From an uncultured Alphaproteobacteria bacterium (lineage in GTDB: Bacteria; Pseudomonadota; Alphaproteobacteria; Rhizobiales; Methyloligellaceae), in NCBI GenBank assembly GCA_963764005.1, contig CAVXQX010000018.1, positions 15,775-79,774 of the forward strand: a stretch of 64,000 nt of DNA, given 5' to 3'. Of this stretch, positions 18,199-32,527 are shown piece after piece. The translations under genes were made by a program, and so were the position numbers. Each line of letters opens with the position of its first letter. Within the stretch, counting starts at the first letter, position 1. The notes under the pieces were generated by a model that saw only the letters and a list, made by a program, of their open reading frames with translations, did not search any database and was not told the origin of the DNA.

Positions 18199-18801
18199 AT
18201 GAACCAGACCAAGCCCATACGCGGACGCCCCCGCGCCTTCTGCATGGACAAAGCGCTCGACGCGGCGCTCGATCTGTTCTGGCGCAAGGGCTACGAGGGC
18301 ACCTCGATCGCCGATCTGACGGAGGCCATGGGCATCAATCCGCCGAGCCTTTACGCCGCTTTCGGCGGCAAGGAGGCGCTGTTCCTTCAGGCGCTCGATC
18401 GCTACGAAGCCCAGCACGCAGACGTCTGGCGGGAGGCGCTCGACGCGCCGACGGCTTACGCGGCGGTCAAGAAATTGTTCGAAAGCACCGCGGACTCGCT
18501 CGGCGACAAGCACAATCCGAAGGGTTGCCTCTTGGTGCAGGCGGCTTTGGCGGGTGGCGATGCGTGCGATCCGGTCAGGCTCGAATTGGCCAAACGCCGC
18601 AATGCCAGCGTGGCGCTGATCCGCGAGCGCTTAGCCCGCGCCAAACGGGAAGGGGACCTTCCCAAGGATGCCGATCCGGCGAGCCTCGCCCGCTATGTCG
18701 CCACCGTCATCCACGGCATGGCGGTGCAGGCCGTGAGCGGGGTCTCTCGCGCCGAGCTCCGCCGCGTTGCCGCCACCGCGCTGCAAGCTTGGCCTAACTA
18801 A
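18199..18801 (+). CDS. TetR family regulator (ComR/BdcR-like)
   Basis: RGRPRAF...LFWRKGYEGTSIADLTEAMGINPPSLYAAFGGKEALF and GCLLV motifs. Confidence 0.93.
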   Translation: MNQTKPIRGRPRAFCMDKALDAALDLFWRKGYEGTSIADLTEAMGINPPSLYAAFGGKEALFLQALDRYEAQHADVWREALDAPTAYAAVKKLFESTADSLGDKHNPKGCLLVQAALAGGDACDPVRLELAKRRNASVALIRERLARAKREGDLPKDADPASLARYVATVIHGMAVQAVSGVSRAELRRVAATALQAWPN

Positions 18802-18850
18802 ACTCTTCGCCTTTGCTTGACGCTACCCCCCCGAACCCCCTTATTACCCC

Positions 18851-19251
<401 letters not shown>

Positions 19252-19257
19252 TGTTAC

Positions 19258-19301
19258 GGCCGGCGTGAGGGTGACCCCCTCGCGCCGGCCTCCAATTTTT
19301 T
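19258..19301 (+). terminator. rnpB terminator
   Basis: GGCCGGCGTGAGGG / CCCTCGCGCCGGCC stem with a downstream T6 tract. Confidence 0.65.
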
Positions 19302-19310
19302 GGGCGTCGG

Positions 19311-19336
19311 GGAACTCTGAGGCTAGGTTCGGCGTT
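19311..19336 (+). promoter_or_regulatory. Sigma-EcfG (general stress response) promoter GGAAC-N17-CGTT
   Basis: Exact match to the alphaproteobacterial EcfG consensus, 35 bp upstream of the DUF1328 gene. Confidence 0.75.
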
Positions 19337-19370
19337 TCTCGCCTGGCACCTTGGCCAAAGGAGAACCGCC

Positions 19371-19535
19371 ATGCTGGGCTGGATTTTGACTTTTCTCGTG
19401 ATCGCGCTGATTGCGGGCGCGCTCGGCTTCGGCGGCATCGCCGGCGCGTCAGCGGGTATTGCGCAAATTCTGTTCTACATTTTCTTGGTCTTGCTGGTGA
19501 TTTCCCTCGTCATGCATGTGATGCGGCGAGCTTAG
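19371..19535 (+). CDS. DUF1328 (YtjA-like) small membrane protein, absent from the ORF track
   Basis: [54 protein letters not shown]; AAGGAG RBS. Confidence 0.9.
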   Translation: MLGWILTFLVIALIAGALGFGGIAGASAGIAQILFYIFLVLLVISLVMHVMRRA

Positions 19536-19588
19536 CGCCGCGCGGCCGAACGCCGTAAAGTTTAAACCCTCCCTAGACCCGAACAGAA

Positions 19589-19616
19589 CAGGGCCGGCGA
19601 TTGCGCGCCGGCCCTG
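19589..19616. terminator. Bidirectional terminator between the DUF1328 gene and katG
   Basis: CAGGGCCGGCG / CGCCGGCCCTG 11-bp stem. Confidence 0.65.
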
Positions 19617-19671
19617 CTTCTACTTTGAGAGCGCTCTCGAAACGCCCGCGCGAAAACCTGTTCAGCCGAGA

Positions 19672-21852
<2,181 letters not shown>

Positions 21853-21926
21853 ATTTCTCTCCGGAAGACTTGAGGGGTTTTCTGAGCGGAAGACGGAGAT
21901 TGCGGGGGACATCGCAATAAGAGCAA

Positions 21927-21963
21927 ATCGTATTTATCTATTCACGCAATAAGATGCTCTTAT
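21927..21963. promoter_or_regulatory. OxyR-type binding site ATCG-N7-CTAT-N7-ATAA-N7-TTAT upstream of katG
   Basis: Four tetranucleotide elements separated by exact 7-nt spacers, as in the OxyR consensus; an extra ATAG-N7-TTAT lies at 22006-22020. Confidence 0.7.
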
Positions 21964-22022
21964 GACTGGGGGTCTCTGGCTGCCGAGAAAGTCCTTATGA
22001 GGCTGATAGGAAAGACTTATTT

Positions 22023-22956
22023 TTAGTCCTTATTCGCCAGAAACAGCCGGATTTGGCTCAACACCGCCTCCGGCTGCTCTTCCTGCGGCATATGTCCACA
22101 TTCGGAGATGATGCGGAGTTTCGAGTTCGGCATGGTGCGCCGGAGCTTCAGCCCGACATCGAGCGGCACGATGCGGTCGTGGTCGCACCACAGGATCAGC
22201 GTCGGCAATTCGATGGTCTTGTAGCGCGCCGAAATGGATTCGAGGTCTGGCGGCACGATCTGCCGCGCGCTGTGGATCATGGCGTGCTTGCCGGCGGCGG
22301 TCTCGAGCGGCTCGGCATAAGCATCGACTTCCGCCTCGTCGATCTTGTCGTCGTCGAAATAGGCGATCCGCAGCGCCACCTCGACCTGGAACGAGCTCGG
22401 CACCGCGCGCACGCCGATCTGCGAGACCATCGGCATGTCCAGCATCTTGAAGAAGGTCGGAAGGGTTTGCGCATAAGCGATGGTGTCGAGCAGCACGAGC
22501 TTCGCGATCCGCCCTTTGACCCTGCTGTCATCTTGCAGCGCCAGAAGCAGCGCGATGCCGCCGCCATAGGAATGGCCGACCAGCGTAAGATTATGCAGGT
22601 CGCGCTCCTCGATCATCTGGGCGAGCAGATCGGCTTGGTCCGCCGCCGAGTAGCGCTCGTCGAGCGGCTTGTCGGATTTGCCGAAGCCTTTGAGATCGAC
22701 CGCGATCACCCTGTGGTCGCGGGCGAGGTCGGGTAACAAGTGGCGCCAGGTGAAGATGTTGGTGCCGAAGCCGTGGATGAGGAGGAGGGGAGGACCCTCG
22801 CCTTGGTCGGTATAGAAGAGTTTGATCGGCGCATCCGGCGGCCCGAGCCGCGCGTAAGGCTCATCCTCCGCGGCGATGGCGGCTAAGTCCGCAAGCGCTG
22901 AAGGCCAGCGCGATCGCGCCGGCGCCAAACGCCGCTCTCCGATTTCTCTTCGCCAT
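22023..22956 (-). CDS. Alpha/beta hydrolase, probably exported (indel near the N-terminus)
   Basis: LLIHGFG, DLKGFGKS, GHSYGG nucleophile and CGHMPQEE motifs. An alternative frame gives the signal-like start MAKRNRRAAFGAGAIALAFSAC at 22956. Confidence 0.85.
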
Positions 22957-23142
22957 TTTGCCCGCCGCACCTGATTGCGAATCACGACGCGTCGATCCGC
23001 GTCTTAACTTTTCAGTAGCGTTTGTATCGTGCTTCGCGACCAAGCCCAAATGACGGCGCGAACGTCCGGCGAACTTCGACGAGCGCGTTGGCATTTTTGT
23101 GGAGTTTCCCACGCCGAAAACTCTCGTTCCCGCTGCGTTCCA

Positions 23143-23183
23143 TTGACGCCCATAAAATCCCATGCTATCCCATAAATGCCCGT
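23143..23183 (+). promoter_or_regulatory. dcw promoter with four MraZ boxes (CCCAT x3 plus CCCGT at 10-bp period)
   Basis: TTGACG at 23143, then CCCAT at 23149, 23159 and 23169 and CCCGT at 23179; the complement of the known TGGG-type MraZ repeats. Confidence 0.75.
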
Positions 23184-23331
23184 TCGGTGAGGGGTGGGAG
23201 AGGGTAGGCCGCGCTTCCTACGAGGCCACGGGGGGATTTGCGCCACCTCCCCCACCCACCGAACCGAGAAGCGGGGTGTCTCGCACTGACTGGTTTTGGT
23301 TCGCGTCGGCTCATGTGCCCGAGAGGGGGAG

Positions 23332-23814
23332 ATGGACCAGTTTGTCTCGGCATTCACCAACAAGATCGACATCAAAGGTCGCGTCTCGGTCCCGGCTTCC
23401 TTCCGCACTGTCCTCGCCAAAGACGGCCTTGAGGGCATTTACTGTTATCCGTCGCTCGATGCGCCAGCGCTCGACGCCGGCGGCCAGCGCCTCATCGACA
23501 AAATCAATCACCTTGTCGAGGACCTCGCGCCCTATTCCGATGAGCGAGATCAGCTCGCGACTGCGCTATTCGGCACCAGCGAAATTCTCACCATCGACCA
23601 GGACGGACGCACCATCGTGCCGGAGCGGCTTCGCGAGCATGCCGGCATCACCACGCACATCACTTTCGTGGGCCTGGGTGAAAAATTTCAAATGTGGGAG
23701 CCGGAACGCTTTGAACGACATTTGGCGGACGCGCGGCAGAAAGTCCGCGATCTCCGCAAACTACTCGGCGCGGGGCGCCGCGGAAGCGGCGGGCCAGAGG
23801 GATCACGGGAATGA
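23332..23814 (+). CDS. mraZ: Transcriptional regulator MraZ
   Basis: NKIDIKGRVSVPASFR and IDQDGRTIVP duplicated AbrB-like motifs; first gene of the dcw cluster. Confidence 0.95.
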   Translation: MDQFVSAFTNKIDIKGRVSVPASFRTVLAKDGLEGIYCYPSLDAPALDAGGQRLIDKINHLVEDLAPYSDERDQLATALFGTSEILTIDQDGRTIVPERLREHAGITTHITFVGLGEKFQMWEPERFERHLADARQKVRDLRKLLGAGRRGSGGPEGSRE

Positions 23815-24844
23815 TGGCGGGTCGCGGCACGGGCTTTACGGCCGCCGGCGGACCGGCCCGCCACATTCCCGTGATGCTCACCGAGATCCTGGAGACGCTT
23901 CAAACTAGAGACGGCGACATCATCGTCGACGGCACCTTCGGCGCCGGGGGCTACAGCCAAGCCATCCTCGCCGCCGCCAACTGCAAAGTCATCGCTATCG
24001 ATCAGGATCCCGACGCGCTTGCTGGCGGCCGGGAGCTTGCTGAGCTTTCGCGCGGGCGGCTCGTGCTGGCGCTTGGGCGCTACAGCGACATGGCGGCGAT
24101 CGCCGCCGCCGAGGGCTTCACCTCCGTCGACGGCGTCGTGCTCGATCTCGGCGTTTCCTCGATGCAGCTCGATCAGCCGGAACGCGGCTTTTCCTTCATG
24201 GGCGACGGGCCTCTCGATATGCGCATGGGGAAGGAAGGGCCTTCCGCCAGCGACGTCGTCAACGATTTTCCTGAGGAAGATTTGGCGGAAATTATCGCGG
24301 TTTTCGGCGAGGAGCGGCGAGCGAGGGCGATCGCGCGCGCCATCGTCAAACGTCGCAGCGAAGCCCCAATCCTGCGCACCGATGAGCTTGCCGGCCTTGT
24401 CGCCGGCGTGCTCGGTCGCAAGCGCGACGAGCTGAAACACCCAGCGACACGAACCTTTCAGGCGCTCCGCCTTTATGTGAATGACGAGCTTGGCGGAGCT
24501 GGCGCGGGGCTTGAGCGCTGCCGAGCTTCTCTTGAAGGCTGGCGGCCGCCTGGTCGTGGTCACCTTCCATTCGCTGGAAGACCGCATCGCCAAGCGCTTC
24601 CTCGCCAGCCGGAGCCTCGAAGCACCAAAAGGCTCGCGCCACCTGCCTGAACAAAAAACTGTCGGGCGCCGCTCCAAGCTTCCACCTCGTTAACCGGCGT
24701 CCCCTTATACCTAGTGAGGGGGAAACCAGATCGAATCCCAGGGCGCGCTCGGCGCATTTGCGGGCCGCGGTGCGGACTGCGGCTCCGGCCCATGCTCTCG
24801 ATCTTGCCGCCCTTGGCGTGCCGGATATCGGCCGTCTCACCTAG
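23811..24844 (+). CDS. rsmH: 16S rRNA C1402 N4-methyltransferase (2 indels)
   Basis: [44 protein letters not shown] and NPRARSA motifs. Confidence 0.93.
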
Positions 24845-24875
24845 AGAAGTTGCGTCTTAGTCGAAGAGTCCTGTC

Positions 24876-25340
24876 ATGTTGCGTTTCTTCAATATCTGCC
24901 TCTCCCTCGCGCTCGTCGTGCTGGCCTACGTCATCTACGAGGTGAAGTACGACACACGTTCGCTGGATGTGGATATCGCCAGCCTTTCCAAGGACATCGA
25001 GGCTGAGCGCGATTCGGTCGCCGTGCTCCGGGCCGAATGGAGCCTGCTCAATCGTCCTGAGCGGATCGAACGCCTTGCTGAGAAATATCTCGACCTTGCC
25101 CCGCCGAGGCCACAGCAAATGCTGGCGCTGGAGACCGCCTCGCCCGGCGATATCGACCGGGCTTCGGCGGAGCTTGCGGCGCCGTCACCTCCGCCGATCC
25201 CAGCCATCGCCAAAGCGCCCGCCAAAACCGCGGTGAAGCCGGCGCAAGCTCCATCGCTCGCGCAAAAACCGCCGAAGCCGGCCAAAATTGCCAAGCCGGC
25301 CGAAGCCCCCCGTGTCCCGGTCCAAGCCGCCGCGCAATAG
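24876..25340 (+). CDS. ftsL: Cell division protein FtsL
   Basis: TM segment, YEVKY...LRAEWSLLNRPERIERLA, Pro/Ala-rich tail; expected position. Confidence 0.85.
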   Translation: MLRFFNICLSLALVVLAYVIYEVKYDTRSLDVDIASLSKDIEAERDSVAVLRAEWSLLNRPERIERLAEKYLDLAPPRPQQMLALETASPGDIDRASAELAAPSPPPIPAIAKAPAKTAVKPAQAPSLAQKPPKPAKIAKPAEAPRVPVQAAAQ

Positions 25341-25358
25341 CCGAAGGTTCCGAAAAGA

Positions 25359-27035
25359 GTGTCCGAGACAGCCAAGCCAGACGCGGTGCCGGATAGCGCC
25401 AATTTCGCCAAAGGGCCGAAAGCGCTTCCGCATGATTTGCCTCGCGCTGGCGCTGTGTTTCGTTGTCATCGGCGGCCGCCTGGTCACGCTCGGCTTCGCC
25501 GCCACCGATCCTGGCTCCGGCGGCTTGCACGACATTTCCAGCACGGTCCACCGCCCCGACATTTTCGACCGCAAGGGCGCGCTGCTCGCGACCGACATCA
25601 AGAGTGCCACCCTCTATGCCGATCCGGCGCGCGTCATCGACCGCGACGAGCTGGTCGAGCAGGTGACCGGCGTGCTTCCCGGCGTCGATGCCGCGGATCT
25701 TCTCGAGAAGTTGAAACAAGGCCGCCGCTTCGTTTCCATCAAGCGCGAGCTGTCGCCGAAGCAGCAAGCCGAGGTGCATGAACTCGGCGTGCCGGGTCTG
25801 GGCTTCGTCGAGGAATATCGCCGGGTCTATCCGGTGGGCTCAACCGCCTGCCATGTGGTGGGCCATGTCGACACCGACAATCGCGGGCTCGCCGGCATCG
25901 AAAAATTCATCGACGAGAATCCGCAGCTCTCGATGGCGTCGGTCAGCGGCGAGTCGGTCACTCTCTCGCTCGATCTCGGCGTCCAGCACGTGCTGCACGA
26001 AGAACTTGCTGCCTGCGGTAAAGATGTATCAACGCCAAGGCCGCTGCCGGCATCGTCATCGATGCGCATTCCGGCGAAGTGGTGGGCATGGCCTCGCTTC
26101 CCGATTACGATCCGAACCATCGCGAGCAGGCGCTCGACAAGGACCGCCTCAACCGCCTCAACTCCGGCGCCTACGAAATGGGCTCGGTGTTCAAGGTGTT
26201 CACCGTGGCTTCCGCGCTCGATGCCGGCACCGTCAATCTGCGCTCGAGCTATGATGCTTCCTCGCCGATCCATGTTGCGTCCTTCACCATCGACGACTTC
26301 CACGGCAAGCACCGCAGGCTGACCGTGCCTGAGATCTTCATCTACTCCTCGAATATCGGCGCGGCGAAAATGGCGGTCGATCTCGGCGGCGAGCGGCAGC
26401 GCGCCTATCTCACCAAGCTCGGCTTGCTGTCCAGAGCGACGACCGAGATCGGCGAGAGCGCAAGCCCGATCGTGCCTCAGCGCTGGGAGAAGCTCACCAC
26501 CATGACCGTCGCCTTCGGCCATGGACTTTCCGTCACGCCGCTCCAGCTTGCTTCCGCCATGGTGCCGCTCGTCAATGGCGGCATCGCCGTGCCGCTCACC
26601 TTCCTGCCGCGCTCGCGCGAGGACGGCATGAGCGTCGGCACGCGCGTGTTGAAGCGCGAGACGAGCGAGACCATGTTGTCGCTGCTTCGCCTCAACGTGG
26701 TGAAGGGAACCGGCAAGCGCGCCGAGGTGGAAGGCTTCCGCGTCGGCGGCAAGACCGGCACCGCGGAGAAGGTCGTCGGCCGTCACTATTCTACCAGCGC
26801 GCTGCTCACCTCGTTCCTGTCCACCTTCCCGACCGACGCTCCCGAATATGTCGTGCTCGTCATGCTCGATGAGCCGCAGCGCGTCGCCGCGAGCAACCAC
26901 GAAGCCACCGCCGGGGTGAACGCAGCGCCCACGGTGGGGCGCATCATCAAGCGCATCGCGCCGATCCTAGGGGTTGCGCCGAAGCTCGAGGACGACAAGC
27001 ACAAATTTGACGCCCGCCTGCTCGCCTCCTATTAA
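25359..27035 (+). CDS. ftsI: Penicillin-binding protein 3 (2 indels)
   Basis: RPDIFDRKG, GSVFK (SxxK), SSN and KTGT motifs. Confidence 0.92.
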
Positions 27036-27110
27036 AAGACCCGATCTCTCAGGGCCTTGGCCAAACCTGGTCGCCGGGGAGACGAGGGGTTTCACGAAGG
27101 CATGGCGAGC

Positions 27111-28566
27111 ATGACTTCTGGCTGAGTTGATGGGCCCCGAAGCGCGCCTGCCCGCGCCATGGGGCGCCGTGCCGATTCTCGGCCTGACCGCGGATAGCCG
27201 CGCGGTGAAGCCTGGCTTTCTCTTCGCCGCGCTGCCTGGCACCCGCACCGATGGAGCCAAGTTCATCGCGGACGCCTTGGCGCGCGGCGCCGCGGCGATC
27301 CTCGTGCCGCAAGGCGCCGCGCCGGAGCGTGCAACGACGCCTGTCCTGGAAGATGCAGATCCGCGCCGTCGCCTGGCGCTGATCGCGTCACGCTTCTTCG
27401 CAGCTCAGCCCGAGACAATCGTCGCCGTCACCGGCACCAACGGCAAGACATCGGTTGCCTCCTTCGTGCGCCAGCTTTGGCAGGCGCAAGGTCTTTCATC
27501 GGCCAGCCTCGGCACCATCGGCGTCGTCAGTCCGAAAGGCACGGCGAAGCTCAATCACACCACGCCAGACCCGATCGAGTTGCACGCCATTCTCGCCGAC
27601 CTCGCCAAAGACGGCGTCACTCATCTCGCGCTCGAAGCATCCAGTCACGGGCTAGAGCAGCGCCGTCTCGACGGCGTGCATCTCGCGGCCGCCGCCTTCA
27701 CCAACATCACGCGCGATCATTTGGATTATCATGCGAGCTTCGAAGATTATTTCGAGGTGAAGCTGCGCCTGTTCCGCGAGCTGCTTCCGCCGGGCGCGCC
27801 GGCTATTGTCGACGTCGATAGCGAGGGTGGCAAACGCGTCGCCGAGATTGCCAAGTTGCGTGGGCAGAGACTCATGACCGTCGGCGAGGCGGGCGAAACT
27901 CTCCGTCTCGTCTCCGCGAAGCGCGACGGCTTCGCGCAACGTCTCGTCATTCTCCATTACGGCAAGAGCTACGAGGTAAAGCTGCCGCTGGTCGGCGATT
28001 TCCAAGCCGCCAATGCGCTGGTCGCCGCAGGTCTCGTCATCGCGACCGGCGGCGATCCCGCTCGTGTCATCCCGGCGCTGGCAAATTTGCGCGGCGCCAA
28101 GGGTCGGCTCGATCTTGCCGGCACCACGAAAACTGGTGCGCCAATCTTTGTCGATTATGCCCACACCCCCGATGCGCTCGCCAAAGCGCTTGGCGCGCTC
28201 CGCCCTTACGTCAAAGCCCGCCTCGTCGTGGTGTTCGGCTGCGGCGGCGACCGCGACAAGGGCAAGCGCCCCGAAATGGGAGCCGCGGCTGCCGCAAATG
28301 CCGACTCTGTTATTGTCACTGACGATAATCCGCGCAGCGAGGAGCCGGCCGCGATCCGCCGCGCGATTCTGGCCGCAGCCCCCAAAGCCGTCGAAATTGG
28401 CGATCGCGCCACCGCGATAAAACAGGCAATTCACGGCCTAAGCGCCGGCGATGTGCTGCTGATCGCCGGCAAAGGCCATGAGACCGGCCAGATTGTCGGC
28501 GACAAGATCATTCCGTTTTCCGATCACGACGCCGTTGCGTCGGCGCTGGGAGAAGCAAGTGACTGA
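27111..28566 (+). CDS. murE: UDP-MurNAc-tripeptide synthetase
   Basis: VTGTNGKT, EASSHGL, DYAHTPD, DNPR and AGKGHE motifs; start uncertain. Confidence 0.95.
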
Positions 28567-29985
28567 GCCGCTCTGGACCTTGGACGAGATGCGCAAAGCC
28601 ACGCGTGGCGAGAGTGCCGCGCCGGCGAGCCTCGCCATTGGCGGCATCTCCATCGACAGCCGCAGCCTCAAGCCCGACGAGGCGTTCATCGCGCTTCGAG
28701 GCCCCAACCGCGACGGCCATGCTTTCGTCGCGGCGGCGCTCGAACAAGGTGCTGCGCTCGCCATCGTCGATCGAAACTTTCCGCGCGTCCGCGCACGAGG
28801 AGAAATTGCTTCGCGTCGACGACACCATGGGCGCGCTGAACGATCTCGGCCGAGCGTCGCGCGCGCGCGCCACGAAAACCAAAATCATTGCGGTGACCGG
28901 CAGCGCCGGCAAGACCGGCACCAAGGAAGCGCTGAGGCTTGCGCTTGCACCCGAGCGGCACGGTGCATGCCTCCGCCAAGTCGCACAACAATCATTGGGG
29001 CGTGCCGCTCTCGCTCGCCAATATGCGCCGCGACACGAGCTTCGGCGTGTTCGAGGCCGGCATGAATCACGCCGGCGAACTGATCGGCTTGAGCAAGCTG
29101 ATCCGTCCCCAGATCGCCATCGTCACCACGGTCGAGCCGGTGCATCTCGGCTTCTTTGCTTCCGTCGAAGCCATCGCCGACGCCAAGGCGGAAATCTTCC
29201 AGGGCCTCGAGCCCGGAGGCATTGCCGTCCTCAATCGCGACAATCCGCATTTCGAGCGGTTACGGCGCGAAGCGGTGAAGCACGGCGCCAAGATCGTCTC
29301 CTTCGGCGAAACGCAAAGATGCCGATGTGCGCCTCATCGAAGCGAATATCGGCGACCAGGGTTCCGACGTGACAGCAGATGTGATGGGCGAAACCGTCAC
29401 CTACCGCGTCGGCGCGGCCGGCCGCCATCTCGTGCAGAATTCACTGGCGGTGCTCGCCGCGGTGAAACTCGCCGGCGCCGATCTCGCTTTGGCCGCGCGC
29501 GCGCTTGAGAACTGGCAGGCCGAAGCCGGGCGCGGGCGCCGCCTCATCATCGAAGGCCCGACGAGGGCGCATCGCCATTATCGATGAATCCTGATAACGC
29601 CAATCCCGCCTCGATGCGGGCGGCCTTCGCCATTCTCGGGCTGGTGCCGCGGAGCGAATTCAAGCGGAAAGTCGCCGTTCTCGGCGACATGCTGGAACTC
29701 GGCGACGAGGGCGCAAATCTCCATGCGGGGCTGGCACAAGCGATTGACGAAAGCGGCGTGGATATTGTCTTTGCCTCTGGGCCGCTGATGGGGTCTCTTT
29801 ACCAGGCCTTGCCGGCAAGCCGGCAGGGTGGTTATGCGAAAGCGCCGGAGGAGCTGGCGCCGATGTTGCTCGCAGGCGTGAGAGCCGGCGACGTGGTGAT
29901 GGTGAAAGGATCGTTCGGCAGCCGCATGGCGCCGCTGGTAGAAGCGCTGAAGCGTCATTTCGAAAGCGCAAGCGCGATCGCGTAA
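28559..29985 (+). CDS. murF: UDP-MurNAc-tripeptide:D-Ala-D-Ala ligase (several indels)
   Basis: SIDSR, VTGSAGKT, SHNNHWGVP, EAGMNH, NANPASM and LGDMLELG motifs. Confidence 0.92.
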
Positions 29986-30009
29986 GGACGGGGCTCGAAG
30001 GGGGAAGCA

Positions 30010-31096
30010 ATGTTTTACTGGCTGGCTGGCTTCGCCGACGAGCTCAGCGTCTTCAATGTCTTCCGCTACATCACCTTCCGCACCGGCGCTGCGCTGCTCA
30101 CGGCGCTTCTCGTCGTCTTCTTATTTGGTCCGCGCGCGATCCGTTCTCTTCGCGTACGCCAGGGCAAAGGTCAGCCGATCCGCAAAGACGGCCCCGAGCG
30201 CCATCTGCTGCAGAAGCAGGGCACGCCCACCATGGGCGGCCTGATGATCCTCGGCGGCGTCACCATCACCGTGCTGCTCTGGGGCAATCTCGCCAATCCT
30301 TATGTCTGGGTCGTGCTGCTCGTGACTCTCGTCTATGGCGCCGTCGGCTTCTATGACGACTATCTCAAAGTCACCAAGCAATCGGCGGAAGGCTTTCGCG
30401 GCCGCGTCAAGCTCGTCGTCGAGGCTATCGCCGCGCTCGCCGCCGCCTATGTCATCGCCCGATGTCAGCGACCCGCAGCTTGCCACGATGGTGACCATCC
30501 CGTTCTTCAAGAACGTGCTGATCCCGCTTGGGCCCTTCTACATTCCCTTCGCCGCCTTCATCATTGTCGGCGCCGGCAATGCGGTGAATCTGACCGACGG
30601 CCTCGACGGGCTCGCCATCGTGCCGGTGATGATCGCGGCTGCGACCTTCGGCTTCATCTCTTATCTCGTCGGCAACGTGCTGTTCGCCGACTATCTGCAA
30701 ATCCATTTCGTGCAAGGCACCGGCGAGTTGGCGGTGGTCTGCGGCGCGCTGGTCGGTGCCGGTCTCGGCTTCCTCTGGTTCAACGCGCCGCCGGCGCAGA
30801 TTTTCATGGGCGATACCGGATCGTTCGCGCTTGGCGGCGCGCTCGGCACCATCGCGGTGGCGACCAAGCATGAACTGGTGCTGGCCATTGTCGGCGGTCT
30901 GTTCGTGCTGGAAGCGGCGTCGGTGATCGTGCAGGTCGCCTCGTTCCGCCTCACCGGCAAGCGCGTGTTCCGCATGGCGCCGTTGCACCATCATTTCGAG
31001 CAGAAAGGCTGGCCGGAATCGACCGTGGTCATCCGCTTCTGGATCATCGCCGTGGTGCTCGCACTTGCCGGCCTCGCCACGCTTAAATTGCGCTAA
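30010..31096 (+). CDS. mraY: Phospho-MurNAc-pentapeptide transferase (1 indel)
   Basis: [28 protein letters not shown] and MAPLHHHFE motifs. Confidence 0.95.
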
Positions 31097-31106
31097 ATTC
31101 CCCCGC

Positions 31107-32527
31107 ATGATTCCCGTCACGGTCTTTAAGGGCCGAAAAATCGCGGTGTTCGGCCTTGGGCTCAGCGGCCTCGCCGCCGCCCGTTCCCTTTTGGCGGGCG
31201 GCGCCGAGATCGTTGCCTGGGACGATAGCGAGACGGCGAGGGTGGCCGCTTCTGCTGAAAACATCCCCCTGCGCGATCTGAAATCCGAAGCTTGGGGCGA
31301 CTTCGCCGCGCTGGTGCTGGCGCCCGGCGTCCCGCTCACCCATCCGAGGCCGCATTGGACCGTCGAGAAGGCGAAAGCAGCGGGCGTGCCTGTGATCGGC
31401 GACACCGAACTGTTCTTTCTGGAACGGGCGAAGCAAGGCAATCCCGGCAAAGTCATCGTCATCACCGGCACCAACGGCAAATCGACCACGACCGCGCTCA
31501 CCGCCCATCTTCTTGGAGCAGGCAGGCAAGCGCGTGGCGCTCGGCGGCAATATCGGCAAGTCCGTGCTCGATCTTCCGCCTTTCGCCGCCGACCTGACCT
31601 ATGTGCTGGAATTTTCCTCTTTCCAGATCGATCTCACCCCGTCGCTCGCGGCCGACGCCGCGGCGCTGCTCAACATCACGCCCGATCATCTCGATCGTCA
31701 CGGCACCTTGGAGAACTATGCCGCGATCAAGGCGCGCGTGTTTGACGGGCTCGGTTCCGAAGGTACCGCCGTGATCGGCGTCGACGACGCGCTCTGCCGC
31801 GCCATCGCCGATCGGCTGAAAGCGTCCCTTCGCGGTGAAGCGCATCGCCGTCGGACGTAAGGTCGAGACCGGCGTTTGGGCGAAGGACGGCATTCTCCAC
31901 GAAGTCGAGAACGGCACGGAACTCGCCGAGACGAATCTCGCCGGCATTCAATCGCTGCGCGGCGCGCATAATTGGCAGAATGCGGCGGCAGCCTACGCGC
32001 TCGCCCGCTCGCAAGGCCTCGACGCCGCGACTATCGCCAAGTTCATGCGGAGCTTTGCCGGCCTTGCCCACCGCATGGAGCAGGTGGGGCGGTTGGGTCG
32101 CGTGCTCTTCGTCAACGACTCCAAGGCGACCAACGCCGACGCCACCGGCAAGGCGCTCGCAAGCTTCGACACTATTTATTGGATTATCGGAGGACGCGCC
32201 AAGGAAGGTGGCCTCGCCGGGCTCGAGCCATTTTATCCCAAGATCGTGCGCGCTTATTTGATCGGCGAAGCGGCGGATGCCTTCGCCAAGCAGCTCGGCA
32301 GCGACGTCGATCATGTCCAATGCGGCACGCTCGATCAGGCCATCGCCAAAGCCGCCGTCGATGCACGCGGCTCGAAAGCGCAAGAGCCCGTCGTCTTATT
32401 GTCGCCCGCTTGCGCGTCCTACGATCAATTCGCCAATTTCGTGGAGCGGGGCAACGCCTTTCGCGATCTGGTCATGAAGCTCGACGGCATTGAGACCGTC
32501 GCATCGAAGACGGGCAAAGCCGCATGA
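31107..32527 (+). CDS. murD: UDP-MurNAc-L-Ala:D-Glu ligase (2 indels)
   Basis: [30 protein letters not shown] and [11 protein letters not shown] motifs. Confidence 0.94.

Noticed and set aside
23149-23183. Short periodic repeat as a CRISPR or iteron candidate
   Set aside because: 5-bp units at a 10-bp period directly upstream of mraZ are explained as MraZ binding boxes; there are no spacers or cas genes.
29585-29600. Apparent in-frame TGA in murF (IDES-TGA-) suggesting selenocysteine or recoding
   Set aside because: The conserved motif is IDESYNANP; TGAT is TAT plus one inserted base and the frame shifts afterwards.
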